From positions 1 through 26,780 of IMG/VR virus record IMGVR_UViG_3300046779_000422: 26,780 nucleotides of DNA; one strand, 5' to 3'. Positions 9,662 to 18,607 of the stretch are shown piece after piece. The DNA is from a virus (lineage: Duplodnaviria; Caudoviricetes). How positions within the stretch are numbered: the first letter of the stretch is position 1; the number at the start of each line of letters is the position of its first letter. The notes below the pieces were generated by a model, which was not told the DNA's origin, searched no databases, and saw only the letters and a list, made by a program, of their open reading frames with translations. Both the position numbers and the translations under genes were made by a program.

Positions 9662-10303
9662 ATGACTTCATACACAGCTATCACTGAAGCTGAAACTAAC
9701 CCAGAAGCCCCCCTAACCTCAGTTCTTGCCAAGAGGTTCAGAGATAACCCTATTGCTATCTCTGAGGGGGCTACATCTTCCCCTATCACAAGGGCTGGTT
9801 GGCACCCCTACAACAAAGTTACTGTAGGGGATGCTAACACTGGTGTGATCTACTCTTTCCCTACTAACGGGACTTTGGCAACAGTTACATCCCCTGATTT
9901 TGAAGACGGTTACGAATACGCCTTTTTTATAGATCAAATTAAGCCTTCTGGTGGTGCTGGTAGCCCTATCAACCTTAACCTCTACAGGCAGACTTCAGCG
10001 GCTTATTCTGGCACTTTTTCTGTGGGTGTTAGTGTAGGGACCACCAACCCTCTGGTGGCTTGGATTGAACTTCCGCTTATCCGTCAGGCTGAACCCGGTC
10101 ACTTTATTCCTGCTCAGTCTTTGGAATATCGTTATGGTAACAACACAACCCCTGCCACCTTTAGTTCTACAATTAACGCTGTGACTCACGCCACGCCACA
10201 GAAAATCCTTCGTGTTCAATTTTCTTTTGGTGGTAACAGTATTACTGGTGGTTCTGCCAGCACTGGCACTATCACAATGTATCGTAGAAAGGATTTCACC
10301 TAA
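9662..10303 (+). CDS. Putative tail fibre/receptor-binding protein
   Basis: N-terminal attachment-like segment (PLTSVLAKRFRDNPIAISEGA), beta-rich C-terminus, followed by a fibre chaperone. Confidence 0.55.
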   Translation: MTSYTAITEAETNPEAPLTSVLAKRFRDNPIAISEGATSSPITRAGWHPYNKVTVGDANTGVIYSFPTNGTLATVTSPDFEDGYEYAFFIDQIKPSGGAGSPINLNLYRQTSAAYSGTFSVGVSVGTTNPLVAWIELPLIRQAEPGHFIPAQSLEYRYGNNTTPATFSSTINAVTHATPQKILRVQFSFGGNSITGGSASTGTITMYRRKDFT

Positions 10304-10560
10304 TGCCTAAGACCTTAGAGTGGATCGACGGTGAAGCTGTTATCCGTGAGATGACCAAGGAAGAAGTTGCCGCTTTGGCTCCTAATGAAGGGGACATCAG
10401 AGTAAGACGCAATGCACTTCTTGTTGAAAGCGATTGGACTCAACTGAAAGATGCCCCTGTGGATCAAGTAGCTTGGGCTACCTATCGTCAAGCACTGAGG
10501 GACATTACCTCTCAGGAGGGCTTTCCTGCCAGCGTTATTTGGCCGGATAAACCACAATAA
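10303..10560 (+). CDS. Tail fibre assembly chaperone
   Basis: RNALLVESDWTQLKDAP...WATYRQALRDITSQEGFP...WPDKP family signature. Confidence 0.85.
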   Translation: MPKTLEWIDGEAVIREMTKEEVAALAPNEGDIRVRRNALLVESDWTQLKDAPVDQVAWATYRQALRDITSQEGFPASVIWPDKPQ

Positions 10561-10574
10561 GAGGATGACCGATT

Positions 10575-11048
10575 ATGTCTACTAAGAATAAGGCTACAGC
10601 CGTTGTTGCAGCAGCAGTGATTGCCACAGCAACGCCATTTATCGCTAAGTGGGAGGGTGTTAGTCTTGTTGCTTACAGAGACATAATCGGTGTCCCTACT
10701 GTCTGCTATGGAGAAACCCGTGGTGTCTCTATGAGCGACAAATACACTAAGCAACAGTGCGAAGAAAAATTAAAGGTTGCTGTAGCAGAGTATTATAGCG
10801 CACTGAAACCTTATATGACCAACCCCGATATTCCCATAGGTGTTCAGGCTTCCCTGCTTGAACTGGCCTATAATGTGGGTATAGGGGCTGCTGGTAAATC
10901 GACTATGATGAAGCTGGCTAACCAAGGCAAGTATAAAGAGGCCTGTCTTGAGTTAGACAAATGGGTTAAGGCTGCTGGTGGAAGAGTCCAAGGGTTAGTC
11001 AACAGAAGGGCAGAGAGTAAGACACAACTCTGTCAGAAGGGTTTGTAA
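10575..11048 (+). CDS. Endolysin, GH24 lysozyme, SAR-type
   Basis: Catalytic E-X8-D-X5-T (EGVSLVAYRDIIGVPT), YNVG and GLVNRR motifs; Ala-rich weakly hydrophobic N-terminal helix. Confidence 0.9.
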   Translation: MSTKNKATAVVAAAVIATATPFIAKWEGVSLVAYRDIIGVPTVCYGETRGVSMSDKYTKQQCEEKLKVAVAEYYSALKPYMTNPDIPIGVQASLLELAYNVGIGAAGKSTMMKLANQGKYKEACLELDKWVKAAGGRVQGLVNRRAESKTQLCQKGL

Positions 11049-11049
11049 G

Positions 11050-11367
11050 ATGAAACCCCTTATCTTCTTGTTGTTACTGTCGGCCTGTTCCTTAAACCCA
11101 CTGAAAGCCCTGACAGGTGGTCCTAGCCTGTCGGCAAATGTGCAAGCTGGTAAAGAAAATACCCAACAAGCTGTTGCGTATCAAGAGACTACACAAGCAG
11201 GACGAGATACCTACGAAGGTAGCCCTGTTGTGGCTGAACAAGTTAAGGAAGTGAATATCCAACAGACGCCTCTGTGGATGTTAGTCCTACTTATTCTTGG
11301 GTGGTTACTACCCTCTCCAAATGAAATTGCCAGATGGCTCAGGGGCTTATTTAAATGGACTACTTAA
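11050..11367 (+). CDS. Putative unimolecular spanin
   Basis: Signal peptide II with lipobox LSAC, plus C-terminal TM (LWMLVLLILGWLL); follows the endolysin. Confidence 0.75.
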   Translation: MKPLIFLLLLSACSLNPLKALTGGPSLSANVQAGKENTQQAVAYQETTQAGRDTYEGSPVVAEQVKEVNIQQTPLWMLVLLILGWLLPSPNEIARWLRGLFKWTT

Positions 11368-11588
11368 ACTATATCATAGGTTCTCTTGTCTCCGCACTTT
11401 TTGCGGGGATTACGTGGCTTATTCGCCGCGTGTTGACAAACGAGAAACAGATTGCGTTACTACAACTTGAAATCAGGGATAGAGACGTTAGACGACAAGA
11501 AGACCGTGAGATCATGCAAGAGATCAAAGCGGATTTAAAAGAAGTCAAGAGAGACATCATCGAATTATACAAGCGTGAACCTGAATAG
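11355..11588 (+). CDS. Holin-like membrane protein
   Basis: One N-terminal TM segment and a charged coiled-coil C-terminus, within the lysis cassette. Confidence 0.5.
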   Translation: MDYLNYIIGSLVSALFAGITWLIRRVLTNEKQIALLQLEIRDRDVRRQEDREIMQEIKADLKEVKRDIIELYKREPE

Positions 11589-11597
11589 ATATGAAAT

Positions 11598-11636
11598 AAC
11601 CCCGACAGGAGATTAATCCTGCCGGGGTTTTCTTTT
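11598..11636. terminator. Rho-independent terminator between convergent arms (probably bidirectional)
   Basis: aaccccgacagga-gattaa-tcctgccggggtt followed by ttctttt; A-rich upstream flank gives a weaker U-tract on the minus strand. Confidence 0.85.
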
Positions 11637-11706
11637 GTCTATTCGTCAGCGAAGAGGATATACAGCATGATTGCTGCACCTAAGATGAAGAAGTAAAGCC
11701 AGAAGA

Positions 11707-11913
11707 TCATACAGGTTCTCCCCAACCAACACACTGGAAGGCTGCTTGTTCAGGTGCTGCAAGTCCTTCCTTTTGTAGTTTAGCGTTGTCATCAATACGG
11801 GCGATAGCAGCTTGCTGACAAGCGTTGATGGTGGTGTATAGGTCTGGTGGCGCTGCTGTGTAGCACATCCCTGTAGCACTGTTACAGACCAAGAACACAA
11901 GGCTGAACATCAT
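11707..11913 (-). CDS. Small Cys-containing hypothetical protein with hydrophobic N-terminus
   Basis: MMFSLVFLVC...C...C...C pattern; SD AAGGA; overlaps upstream stop. Confidence 0.65.
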   Translation of the reverse strand: MMFSLVFLVCNSATGMCYTAAPPDLYTTINACQQAAIARIDDNAKLQKEGLAAPEQAAFQCVGWGEPV

Positions 11914-12191
11914 GAGTTATCCTTTTTGGACTCTAGTTCATTGATAAGAAGTTCTGCATAGTGAATGACTTTCTTAAGGTCTTGGATACCTGCCTTTTGT
12001 TTGTAGCGACAAGTATACTTGATGATGTTCCCTTCGCAGAACCCAAGCCCATTAGCAAGGATAAACTCAATGGGTTGGATTTTGAGAGACTTGTAGTGGA
12101 CACCACCAATCTGTTGTTTGAGTGGGTCGTAATCTCGGTTAGTCTTTTCTTCGGTCACAAGAACCCCATTTATTGTGGCTTCTGTCATCAA
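11910..12191 (-). CDS. DUF3310 / T7 gp1.7-like protein
   Basis: QIGGVHY...IQPIEFI...FCEGNIIKYTCRY...DLKKVIHY signature. Confidence 0.85.
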   Translation of the reverse strand: MMTEATINGVLVTEEKTNRDYDPLKQQIGGVHYKSLKIQPIEFILANGLGFCEGNIIKYTCRYKQKAGIQDLKKVIHYAELLINELESKKDNS

Positions 12192-12892
12192 ATCCCTTCT
12201 TTCTCAAACGCAATGATCCAGTCTTTGCAGATGTCACTACGGACAATATCTTCAACACCAAACTCAATGATAGGGATACCCATCATGTGCTTCTTGGCAA
12301 TGGTGGTGATCTTCGACAACCCAGAAGTCTCTTTGATGTCAGATTGACGAATATCCCCATTGATGATCACCTTAGTCCCTTGACCGATTCTTGTCAAGAA
12401 CATCTTCATCTCTGCCACAGTGGTGTTCTGTGCTTCGTCTAGGATGACTACAGAGTTCTTGAAGGATCGACCCCTCATCGTGGAAAGGGGAGACAGGATA
12501 ATGTTGCCATTCTTGATACCAGTTTCAAGTGTCCCTTTTCCCAATTGCTCTTCAAGGACATCCAGAACTGGTGCTGCCCAAGGTGCAAACTTCTCATTCA
12601 AATCTCCGGGGAAATACCCAAGGTCTTTTCCTACAGACACGTTAGGTCGCGTGAGGATGATCTTCTCTGCTTGCTTGGTTAGGTAGGCATTAGCAGCGAA
12701 GGTGGCTGCAATGTAGGTCTTCCCTGTCCCAGAGTAGCCACAAACAATCACTTGGTCTGAGGTCTTCAGAGCGTTGATGTAGAGGGCTTGGTTGTCGTTG
12801 TAAGGGGTAAGCCCCACAACTTTACCAACAGCCTCTACATCAGCTTGTTTGTAGCGAGATTGACGTTTGCCTTTAGGCTTTTCAAGGTTCAT
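12188..12892 (-). CDS. phoH: PhoH-family ATPase
   Basis: GYSGTGKT Walker A; LGYFPGD, MRGRSF, DEAQN and GDIRQSD motifs. Confidence 0.95.
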   Translation of the reverse strand: MNLEKPKGKRQSRYKQADVEAVGKVVGLTPYNDNQALYINALKTSDQVIVCGYSGTGKTYIAATFAANAYLTKQAEKIILTRPNVSVGKDLGYFPGDLNEKFAPWAAPVLDVLEEQLGKGTLETGIKNGNIILSPLSTMRGRSFKNSVVILDEAQNTTVAEMKMFLTRIGQGTKVIINGDIRQSDIKETSGLSKITTIAKKHMMGIPIIEFGVEDIVRSDICKDWIIAFEKEGI

Positions 12893-13125
12893 TTGTCTTC
12901 TTCTTCTTTCAGGTTCCAGTAAGCAACTAGAGCCTCATAACCACCAATATACTCATCGTTATGCCAGATTTGTGGCACAGTCTTCAGGCCAGCCTTTCGC
13001 ATGAGTTTCAGATAAAGAGGGTCATCACGGTAAGAGGAAGACACGAAGTCTTCCCCCTTTTCCGTAAGGAACTCTTTGGCCTTGTCACACCACGGGCAAT
13101 CCTCTTTAGTCAGGATCGTGAACAA
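12889..13125 (-). CDS. grx: Glutaredoxin
   Basis: CPWC active site, TVPQI and IGGY motifs; close to the RNR gene. Confidence 0.92.
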   Translation of the reverse strand: MFTILTKEDCPWCDKAKEFLTEKGEDFVSSSYRDDPLYLKLMRKAGLKTVPQIWHNDEYIGGYEALVAYWNLKEEEDK

Positions 13126-13294
13126 CAGGCTCTCCTTTGGCTAGATGCTTGGTCCGTTCTGCAAGTTGTGTTGCCGCAATAAACAGAACTTCACTGGTAA
13201 ACTCAAGTTTCTTAATCTTTTTGTTGGTATCATACATCCACCAAGCAAGAAGAGCAGCACCAGCAATGTTTAGCAAAGGGATCAAGTTTTCCAT
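13106..13294 (-). CDS. Small membrane protein
   Basis: N-terminal TM; TAATG coupling with RNR stop. Confidence 0.65.
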   Translation of the reverse strand: MENLIPLLNIAGAALLAWWMYDTNKKIKKLEFTSEVLFIAATQLAERTKHLAKGEPVVHDPD

Positions 13295-15213
13295 TAAGTC
13301 AGGTCCACAATTTCACACGAACCACCGACACATGCGAAAGTGCTAGTGCCTTTAGAAGTGTCTTCAGTTTCATACTCGCTCAGTTTAGACCAATCAATCC
13401 GTTCAGGCATCAAAGCCAGAGCGTCAAGATATTCACGTTCACTACACTCCTGATAAGGAGCCTGCTGATAAGTGTGATCAGAGTGTGGCAAGAAAGACAC
13501 ACCAGACACCTCATCGAAGTAAGCATAAACCCAAGCACCCACTTCCATCCATTCGTGGTCACGAACAGTGATGGTCACAGAAGGCTTGTGTTCACACCAG
13601 TAACGCTGATAGGTCAACCACAACTCAAGTTGCTCAATAGCAGTCATATCGTTGCGAGTGATAGCACCAGCAGGAGACTTCTGGGGGAAACTGAAAACGG
13701 TGGTGCTTTCAGGCTTCATAACATCAGGCTCATGCGGGATGCCTTGGTCAATCATAAACTGCGTCAGAGGGTCTTTGTTGTCGCCACGCACAGTGCGAAT
13801 ATAATAGGCTGAGTGACGAGCATGAATCCCACTAGCGGAATCAACCAATTGGGACACTGTGCCTGACGGTTTGACGCAAGTGATAGCAGCAGAAGCAGGA
13901 ATACTGAGGCGTTCAGCCCACTCAGCGTTAGTAGCAATAGCGACATTCTTCAGATGCTCCAAGGTTTTAGCGAGTTCAAATGTGTCTTTGCTGGACATAT
14001 GGACATTATCCATAATCCCCGTAAGAGAAACACCCAACAGACGCTCTTCCTCAGTGTTATCCTTCCACACCTTACGCAGATAAGGGAAATGCGTATAGGT
14101 CGATTGGATAGTGCCAAGGATGGTTGCAAGGCGAACCTTATGCTCAAGGTCTTCTAGAGTGTCGGTTGCACGAACAACAACTTCCGACAGGTTACAGAAC
14201 TGATACGGACGAAGGATAATTTCCGAACAGGGATTCGTGCCAAACTCGTAGTCAGGGTTACGACGACCATTCTTTGCAGCCTGCTTCTTAGAGGCAGGAC
14301 GAGAGAAGATGCCACGCTCACCACTCTTGCTTTCCACCAGAGACAGCCACTCACGCATGAAGGTTTCCATGTCGGGCTTCTCAGTGTAGGCCACAGAGTT
14401 ATTAGCCAGAGCGCGTTGACCGTTGCCATCCCACCACTGACCGCTCTTAGCGTGACGCATACGGTCATCAGATAGGTTCGACAGAGAGATCATTGCAGAG
14501 CGACGAACACCACCCACAACAACAACTTCACCAATCTTACACATAATGTCGTGGCATTCCAGCGAAGACAGCTTGCGACCCTTTGCAGCAACAAACGTGT
14601 TAATCACGAAGTTGAACAACTCCACCAGTGGAGCAGGACCAGAAGCACGACCACCAAAAGTCTTGAGTTTAGCGCCAGCAGGACGAACCTTCGACACATC
14701 CCAAGTGGGAATTTCCCCTGCATACAGCAGACTGATAAGCTGACGCAGGGCCTTTGCCCAACCCTCTTTGCTATCCTTCACCACAATGATCGTTTCGCTC
14801 TTGAACATCTGCTCAGGAACTTCAGGCAACTTACTGACGTATTGACGCTCAACAGAGAAGCCCACACCAGTGCCACAGAGCAGGATGAACATAGCCTCAT
14901 CAAACGACTTGGGGTCATCTACAGGCAGGTAGGAGCAGTTGTAGCCAGCAGTGTTGTCGCGTTCCAGAGCAGGGCCAGCAGTCATCATAGCCCGCATAGA
15001 AGGCATGATACTCAGGCTCAGAATAGCCTCATGGATTTCATCCACAGCCAAGGCATCGTCCCCAATCTTAGGGTAGACAATGTTTGTCATGTAGCGTTGA
15101 ACCGTCTCAGCCCAAGTCTCACGACGATTTTCAGACTCGATCCAACGGGCATAGCGCGAAGTTGCAATGAATGCCGAGTAGTCAGTAGGCAAATAGTTAC
15201 TCTTAGTGACCAT
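13294..15213 (-). CDS. nrdJ: Class II (adenosylcobalamin-dependent) ribonucleotide reductase, monomeric RTPR-like
   Basis: YNCSY, GTGVGFS, GGVRRSAMI, NPCSEI, KPSGTVS, CEHKPS and C-terminal CVGGSCE motifs; no beta-subunit gene in window. Start taken at ATG 15213 (SD GGAG). Confidence 0.92.
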   Translation of the reverse strand: MVTKSNYLPTDYSAFIATSRYARWIESENRRETWAETVQRYMTNIVYPKIGDDALAVDEIHEAILSLSIMPSMRAMMTAGPALERDNTAGYNCSYLPVDDPKSFDEAMFILLCGTGVGFSVERQYVSKLPEVPEQMFKSETIIVVKDSKEGWAKALRQLISLLYAGEIPTWDVSKVRPAGAKLKTFGGRASGPAPLVELFNFVINTFVAAKGRKLSSLECHDIMCKIGEVVVVGGVRRSAMISLSNLSDDRMRHAKSGQWWDGNGQRALANNSVAYTEKPDMETFMREWLSLVESKSGERGIFSRPASKKQAAKNGRRNPDYEFGTNPCSEIILRPYQFCNLSEVVVRATDTLEDLEHKVRLATILGTIQSTYTHFPYLRKVWKDNTEEERLLGVSLTGIMDNVHMSSKDTFELAKTLEHLKNVAIATNAEWAERLSIPASAAITCVKPSGTVSQLVDSASGIHARHSAYYIRTVRGDNKDPLTQFMIDQGIPHEPDVMKPESTTVFSFPQKSPAGAITRNDMTAIEQLELWLTYQRYWCEHKPSVTITVRDHEWMEVGAWVYAYFDEVSGVSFLPHSDHTYQQAPYQECSEREYLDALALMPERIDWSKLSEYETEDTSKGTSTFACVGGSCEIVDLT

Positions 15214-15646
15214 ATTCTTCTCCAATATTTTCAGTTTTACCATTCAAAGCACGATAAACAGTCATGGTGCTAACTTTTACAATCTCGGCTATTTGTTGGT
15301 AGTATAACCCTTGCTCTCTCAACTCCCTGCTTTTTTGAACTTGATCAGGGGTTAGTTTTAGCAAATGTTTGCCATTCGGTTTGTTGTAAAGTGGTTTGTG
15401 TTCTCTGATAAGACCTTGTTCAATTTTACAAGCCTCTTTTTTGGGAAGACCTGTTGTAACAATTTCTACCCAATCTGTAGCTACAAAACCATCTTGGGTT
15501 AATGCCTCTAGATGATCTAGGTGATCTTGACTTCTTAAAACAGAGCGTTTGCTCCCATGTATCCAAGCTCTTCCTCTACACCCATGACCAATGTAAAGTA
15601 ATTCGCTTGTTCTTGGGTCTATGTGTTTATAGACATAATATATCAA
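15203..15646 (-). CDS. Free-standing GIY-YIG endonuclease-like protein with C-terminal HTH
   Basis: YYVYKH...LYIGHG...R...E...YN motifs; YQQIAEIVKVSTMTVYRAL HTH; AT-rich. Start taken as TTG 15646. Confidence 0.75.
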   Translation of the reverse strand: MIYYVYKHIDPRTSELLYIGHGCRGRAWIHGSKRSVLRSQDHLDHLEALTQDGFVATDWVEIVTTGLPKKEACKIEQGLIREHKPLYNKPNGKHLLKLTPDQVQKSRELREQGLYYQQIAEIVKVSTMTVYRALNGKTENIGEEYGH

Positions 15647-15659
15647 GTTAGTCTTTCTT

Positions 15660-15824
15660 TTAGTCAATGAGGATTGCAAGACGGTGGGCCTGAACAATAA
15701 GCCTGTTTGTGGTCAGATCAACTTTAGACATCATAGGGTTCTGGATTGACCACTCAGCCAGCACCACAGGGACGCTCTTGTCTTTGATTGTCTCTAGTTT
15801 GTCAATCAGTTCTTGGATAGTCAT
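15660..15824 (-). CDS. Hypothetical protein, 54 aa (MTIQELIDKLETIKDKSVPVV...)
   Basis: Read by hand; ATGA overlap with the MazG-like stop; fills the gap. Confidence 0.7.
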   Translation of the reverse strand: MTIQELIDKLETIKDKSVPVVLAEWSIQNPMMSKVDLTTNRLIVQAHRLAILID

Positions 15825-16153
15825 CGTTCATCACCCGATCCAGAGATAACATTGCGTTCTTTACGATCCTTGAGTTTGTTAAGGACAAGATCGGCAATCT
15901 CGCTCAAGTCATAACCAAGAGCATCTGCTGCCGCTGCAATATACCACAAGCAGTCACCGAGTTCATGTGCAGCCAGTTTGTCATCAATGTGACCGTCACG
16001 AATCCACTTCTTGACTTTACCTGCGAACTCACCAGCCTCAGAAGCCAGACCCAAAGCCGTATACTCTAGGGCTTTGTTGGAGGGGTAGATGGCCGTAGAC
16101 ATAGCCGCTTCTTGAAATTCGTCAAATTCAGATTTGAGTTCCCACTTAGTCAC
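15821..16153 (-). CDS. MazG-like nucleoside triphosphate pyrophosphohydrolase
   Basis: LGLASEAGEFAGKVKK and ELGDCLWY motifs; C-terminal GSGDER. Confidence 0.9.
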   Translation of the reverse strand: MTKWELKSEFDEFQEAAMSTAIYPSNKALEYTALGLASEAGEFAGKVKKWIRDGHIDDKLAAHELGDCLWYIAAAADALGYDLSEIADLVLNKLKDRKERNVISGSGDER

Positions 16154-16294
16154 TCAGAGGCTCCTTGCAATGATTTGGGTTTCTAGTTGACTGATCTTCT
16201 TGGCAAGCAAAATCAGAACTTCGTCAAGAGACATATACTTGCAGTTCGTCACACCAAGGAAGTCACTCATCCACCTAACGTCAGAGTCTGTCAT
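16154..16294 (-). CDS. Hypothetical protein, 46 aa (MTDSDVRWMSDFLG...)
   Basis: Read by hand; ATGA coupling upstream; stop abuts the MazG-like start. Confidence 0.65.
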   Translation of the reverse strand: MTDSDVRWMSDFLGVTNCKYMSLDEVLILLAKKISQLETQIIARSL

Positions 16295-16440
16295 TGTTGA
16301 TCCATTTCATATCTTTCTAGGAAGACGTAACCCATGTCATCCAAGATTTCAAGTGTTTTCCACAAAGTAAGGTTATGGTCTTTCAGGATGCTGGTGAAGC
16401 CACGCTCTTCGATAAGTTTGATAATCTGCTCTTTAGTCAT
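16291..16440 (-). CDS. Hypothetical protein, 49 aa (MTKEQIIKLIEERG...)
   Basis: Read by hand; ATGA overlaps at both ends. Confidence 0.7.
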   Translation of the reverse strand: MTKEQIIKLIEERGFTSILKDHNLTLWKTLEILDDMGYVFLERYEMDQQ

Positions 16441-16997
16441 TTTCTCGCATACAGTTTTGTGGTCCCAATAAAGTCTCCATCAAACAGATACCAAGCAAAG
16501 TCATCTGTGCTTGACTGCTTGCTGTCTTCTATCCATTTGACACGACCAATTGGGACTACCTTCTTGCACATTTGCATGTAGACACCCATTCGCTTGTTGC
16601 AAGCATAACTGAAGGGCAACAACAACCAAGTGGGCTTTAAGGTTGGTAGGTGATCTAGCATAGGCTTGAGCATTTCCCACTGGAAGGGTGGGTTAGTGAT
16701 GATCAAGTCTACACCAACAACATCAGCGTCAGCCAACGTCAGGGCGCTTCTCTGTTCTACAAGACTTGCCCTTGGGGTGACATCACAAGCATATCGACAC
16801 ACAACACCATAGTCAGTCAGAGATTCGATATGTTTTACCAGATCACCAGCACCAGCGCAAGGCTCAATGAAGTTGCCATACTCGAACAAGTGAGGCAGCA
16901 GAGGTTCAACAGCCTTACGTGGTGTAGGGTAGAAGTCGTCCTTACGTCTTTCCTTGGTCGTGATGTTGTTACTACTCACATTTGCTTTCTTACCCAC
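16437..16997 (-). CDS. Orphan DNA amino-methyltransferase (probably N6-adenine)
   Basis: DFYPTP, EPCAGAG (SAM binding) and ITNPPF (catalytic) motifs. Confidence 0.85.
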   Translation of the reverse strand: MGKKANVSSNNITTKERRKDDFYPTPRKAVEPLLPHLFEYGNFIEPCAGAGDLVKHIESLTDYGVVCRYACDVTPRASLVEQRSALTLADADVVGVDLIITNPPFQWEMLKPMLDHLPTLKPTWLLLPFSYACNKRMGVYMQMCKKVVPIGRVKWIEDSKQSSTDDFAWYLFDGDFIGTTKLYARK

Positions 16998-17205
16998 CTA
17001 GCCAACTCTCCGCTTCGTTCCAAGACATGAAGATGTTGCTTGGGTCATGTTGAAGAAAACTGATGTAGCACTCAAAACACATTGTGGCGTAGCCAATACA
17101 AGGGTTTCCCCTTTCTGAGAAGTCCTTGTAGTAGACGGGCCAACCTGTGACCCGCCGCCATTTGTCTTCGTGACCACAAGAAAGGTGGATTTTACCTGTT
17201 TCCAT
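16990..17205 (-). CDS. Hypothetical protein, possible Zn-binding (CGH...CxxC)
   Basis: SD GGAG before ATG 17205; overlaps both neighbours. Confidence 0.6.
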   Translation of the reverse strand: METGKIHLSCGHEDKWRRVTGWPVYYKDFSERGNPCIGYATMCFECYISFLQHDPSNIFMSWNEAESWLGG

Positions 17206-17971
17206 ACTCTTTCTCCAAGGACTTGAGGCTAACCCAAGTAAGGTCATAATCACCGTTGTCGATGTGACGCTTGATGACTACACCTTTGCTCCACTCTGCG
17301 TTTGCTTGTCCAGCCCAAGACTCCTCTTTACCTTTAAAACATCCTGCGACAAGCCCATTAAGAGGAGTAGGTCTAGCATCAGCTTTGCGATAATAATGAA
17401 ACTTATGGCTATGACCAACGGTGCAGCTATGAGCCAGCTTTTCAACAAGGCTATACCCATGATGCTTAGTAGACATAGCAGAGCCAAAATTTCCACTACT
17501 AACATAGTGACCATATAGGACGCCATCGTAAGAGACAAGTGCTGGACCTGAGTTTTTGTATTCGTGGTATTCGTCAAACCAATGGTCCGTTTGTAGGTGT
17601 GAAAATGAGATTCCATAGAGACTTCCCTCTAATCGTGGATCATGTGCAATTGCCTTCTTAATCCTGTTTTCGTGGTTGCCTTCAAAACCAATGCGGAAGG
17701 GGCGCTTCTTCTTGCTAATCTTGTAGCGTCCCCAAATCCGATCCATTGCCTCGTTGTATGCCTCAATGTCTTTCTGATAAGACTGCGACACAATTGCTTG
17801 AGGATACCTAGTATCATAGGTATTCAGGCTCTGCATGTCGGCACCATCACCAAGGTCAACCACATAGTCAGGTTTGACATCTTCGATCAGATCACCAAGC
17901 CACGAGAACCGCTCATTACTTGCGTCAGGATGAGCATGAGCGCAAGTATAGATGATTGCAGTTTTGGTCAT
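17192..17971 (-). CDS. Calcineurin-like metallophosphoesterase
   Basis: GDGAD, GNHE and GHSH motifs; the first motif reads CAH instead of DxH. Confidence 0.85.
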   Translation of the reverse strand: MTKTAIIYTCAHAHPDASNERFSWLGDLIEDVKPDYVVDLGDGADMQSLNTYDTRYPQAIVSQSYQKDIEAYNEAMDRIWGRYKISKKKRPFRIGFEGNHENRIKKAIAHDPRLEGSLYGISFSHLQTDHWFDEYHEYKNSGPALVSYDGVLYGHYVSSGNFGSAMSTKHHGYSLVEKLAHSCTVGHSHKFHYYRKADARPTPLNGLVAGCFKGKEESWAGQANAEWSKGVVIKRHIDNGDYDLTWVSLKSLEKEYGNR

Positions 17972-18210
17972 ACAGTATCTTCCCAAAGAATCCAACTGAT
18001 TTGTGCAGTAAAGTGGTCAATCAGGTCAATGGCCGCTTCACGTTCAGCGAACTGAAGTTCTTCAACCCCAACAGAGCCATCTTCTCGTTGTGCCTTAACA
18101 ACCAAAATCCAGCATTGACCGAAGGGAAAACCAAAGCCGTCATCCACTTCGTCGTAGTCTGGGTAGTTACTAGAGTGGATCGGTCCCTCAAGAACATCAA
18201 GGATTTTCAT
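17968..18210 (-). CDS. Acidic hypothetical protein
   Basis: Overlaps both neighbours in the operon. Confidence 0.7.
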   Translation of the reverse strand: MKILDVLEGPIHSSNYPDYDEVDDGFGFPFGQCWILVVKAQREDGSVGVEELQFAEREAAIDLIDHFTAQISWILWEDTV

Positions 18211-18607
18211 TTAGCCATTCCTCTGGAATAAGTTTGTCAGCATATAGGAAACCATGCTTGTTGCACCAGTCTCCGTAGGTGGTCTTAGAGCCTTTACTAA
18301 TCTTAGCCTTAGAGTCGGAAAAGACAAAACGAATGTCATACAAAGGATACTGCTTACGGATCATTAAGTGCTTCATCCTGTCAGCAGTCACGAAGCGTCC
18401 CTTGGTTTCGATAATGATCCCATTGGGCAACCAAAAGTCTGGTGTATACGTCTTAACTTGATTAACCACATATTTGATCTTTGTGGTTTCATATTCAACA
18501 GCAACACCAGCTTGCTCAAGTTGCTTTGCTACGACATCTTCTAGACCTGATCGGTAGCCATGTTTAATGGCGGGGTCCAGAGTTGATTTTCTTCTCTTCG
18601 TAGCCAC
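18197..18607 (-). CDS. T7 gp3-like endonuclease I (Holliday junction resolvase)
   Basis: YRSGLE, YTPDF, IETKGRF, DIRFVF and TYGDWC motifs. Confidence 0.93.
   Translation of the reverse strand: MATKRRKSTLDPAIKHGYRSGLEDVVAKQLEQAGVAVEYETTKIKYVVNQVKTYTPDFWLPNGIIIETKGRFVTADRMKHLMIRKQYPLYDIRFVFSDSKAKISKGSKTTYGDWCNKHGFLYADKLIPEEWLNENP

Noticed and set aside
14551-15273. 240-aa + strand ORF opposite RNR
   Set aside because: Shadow ORF from codon bias.
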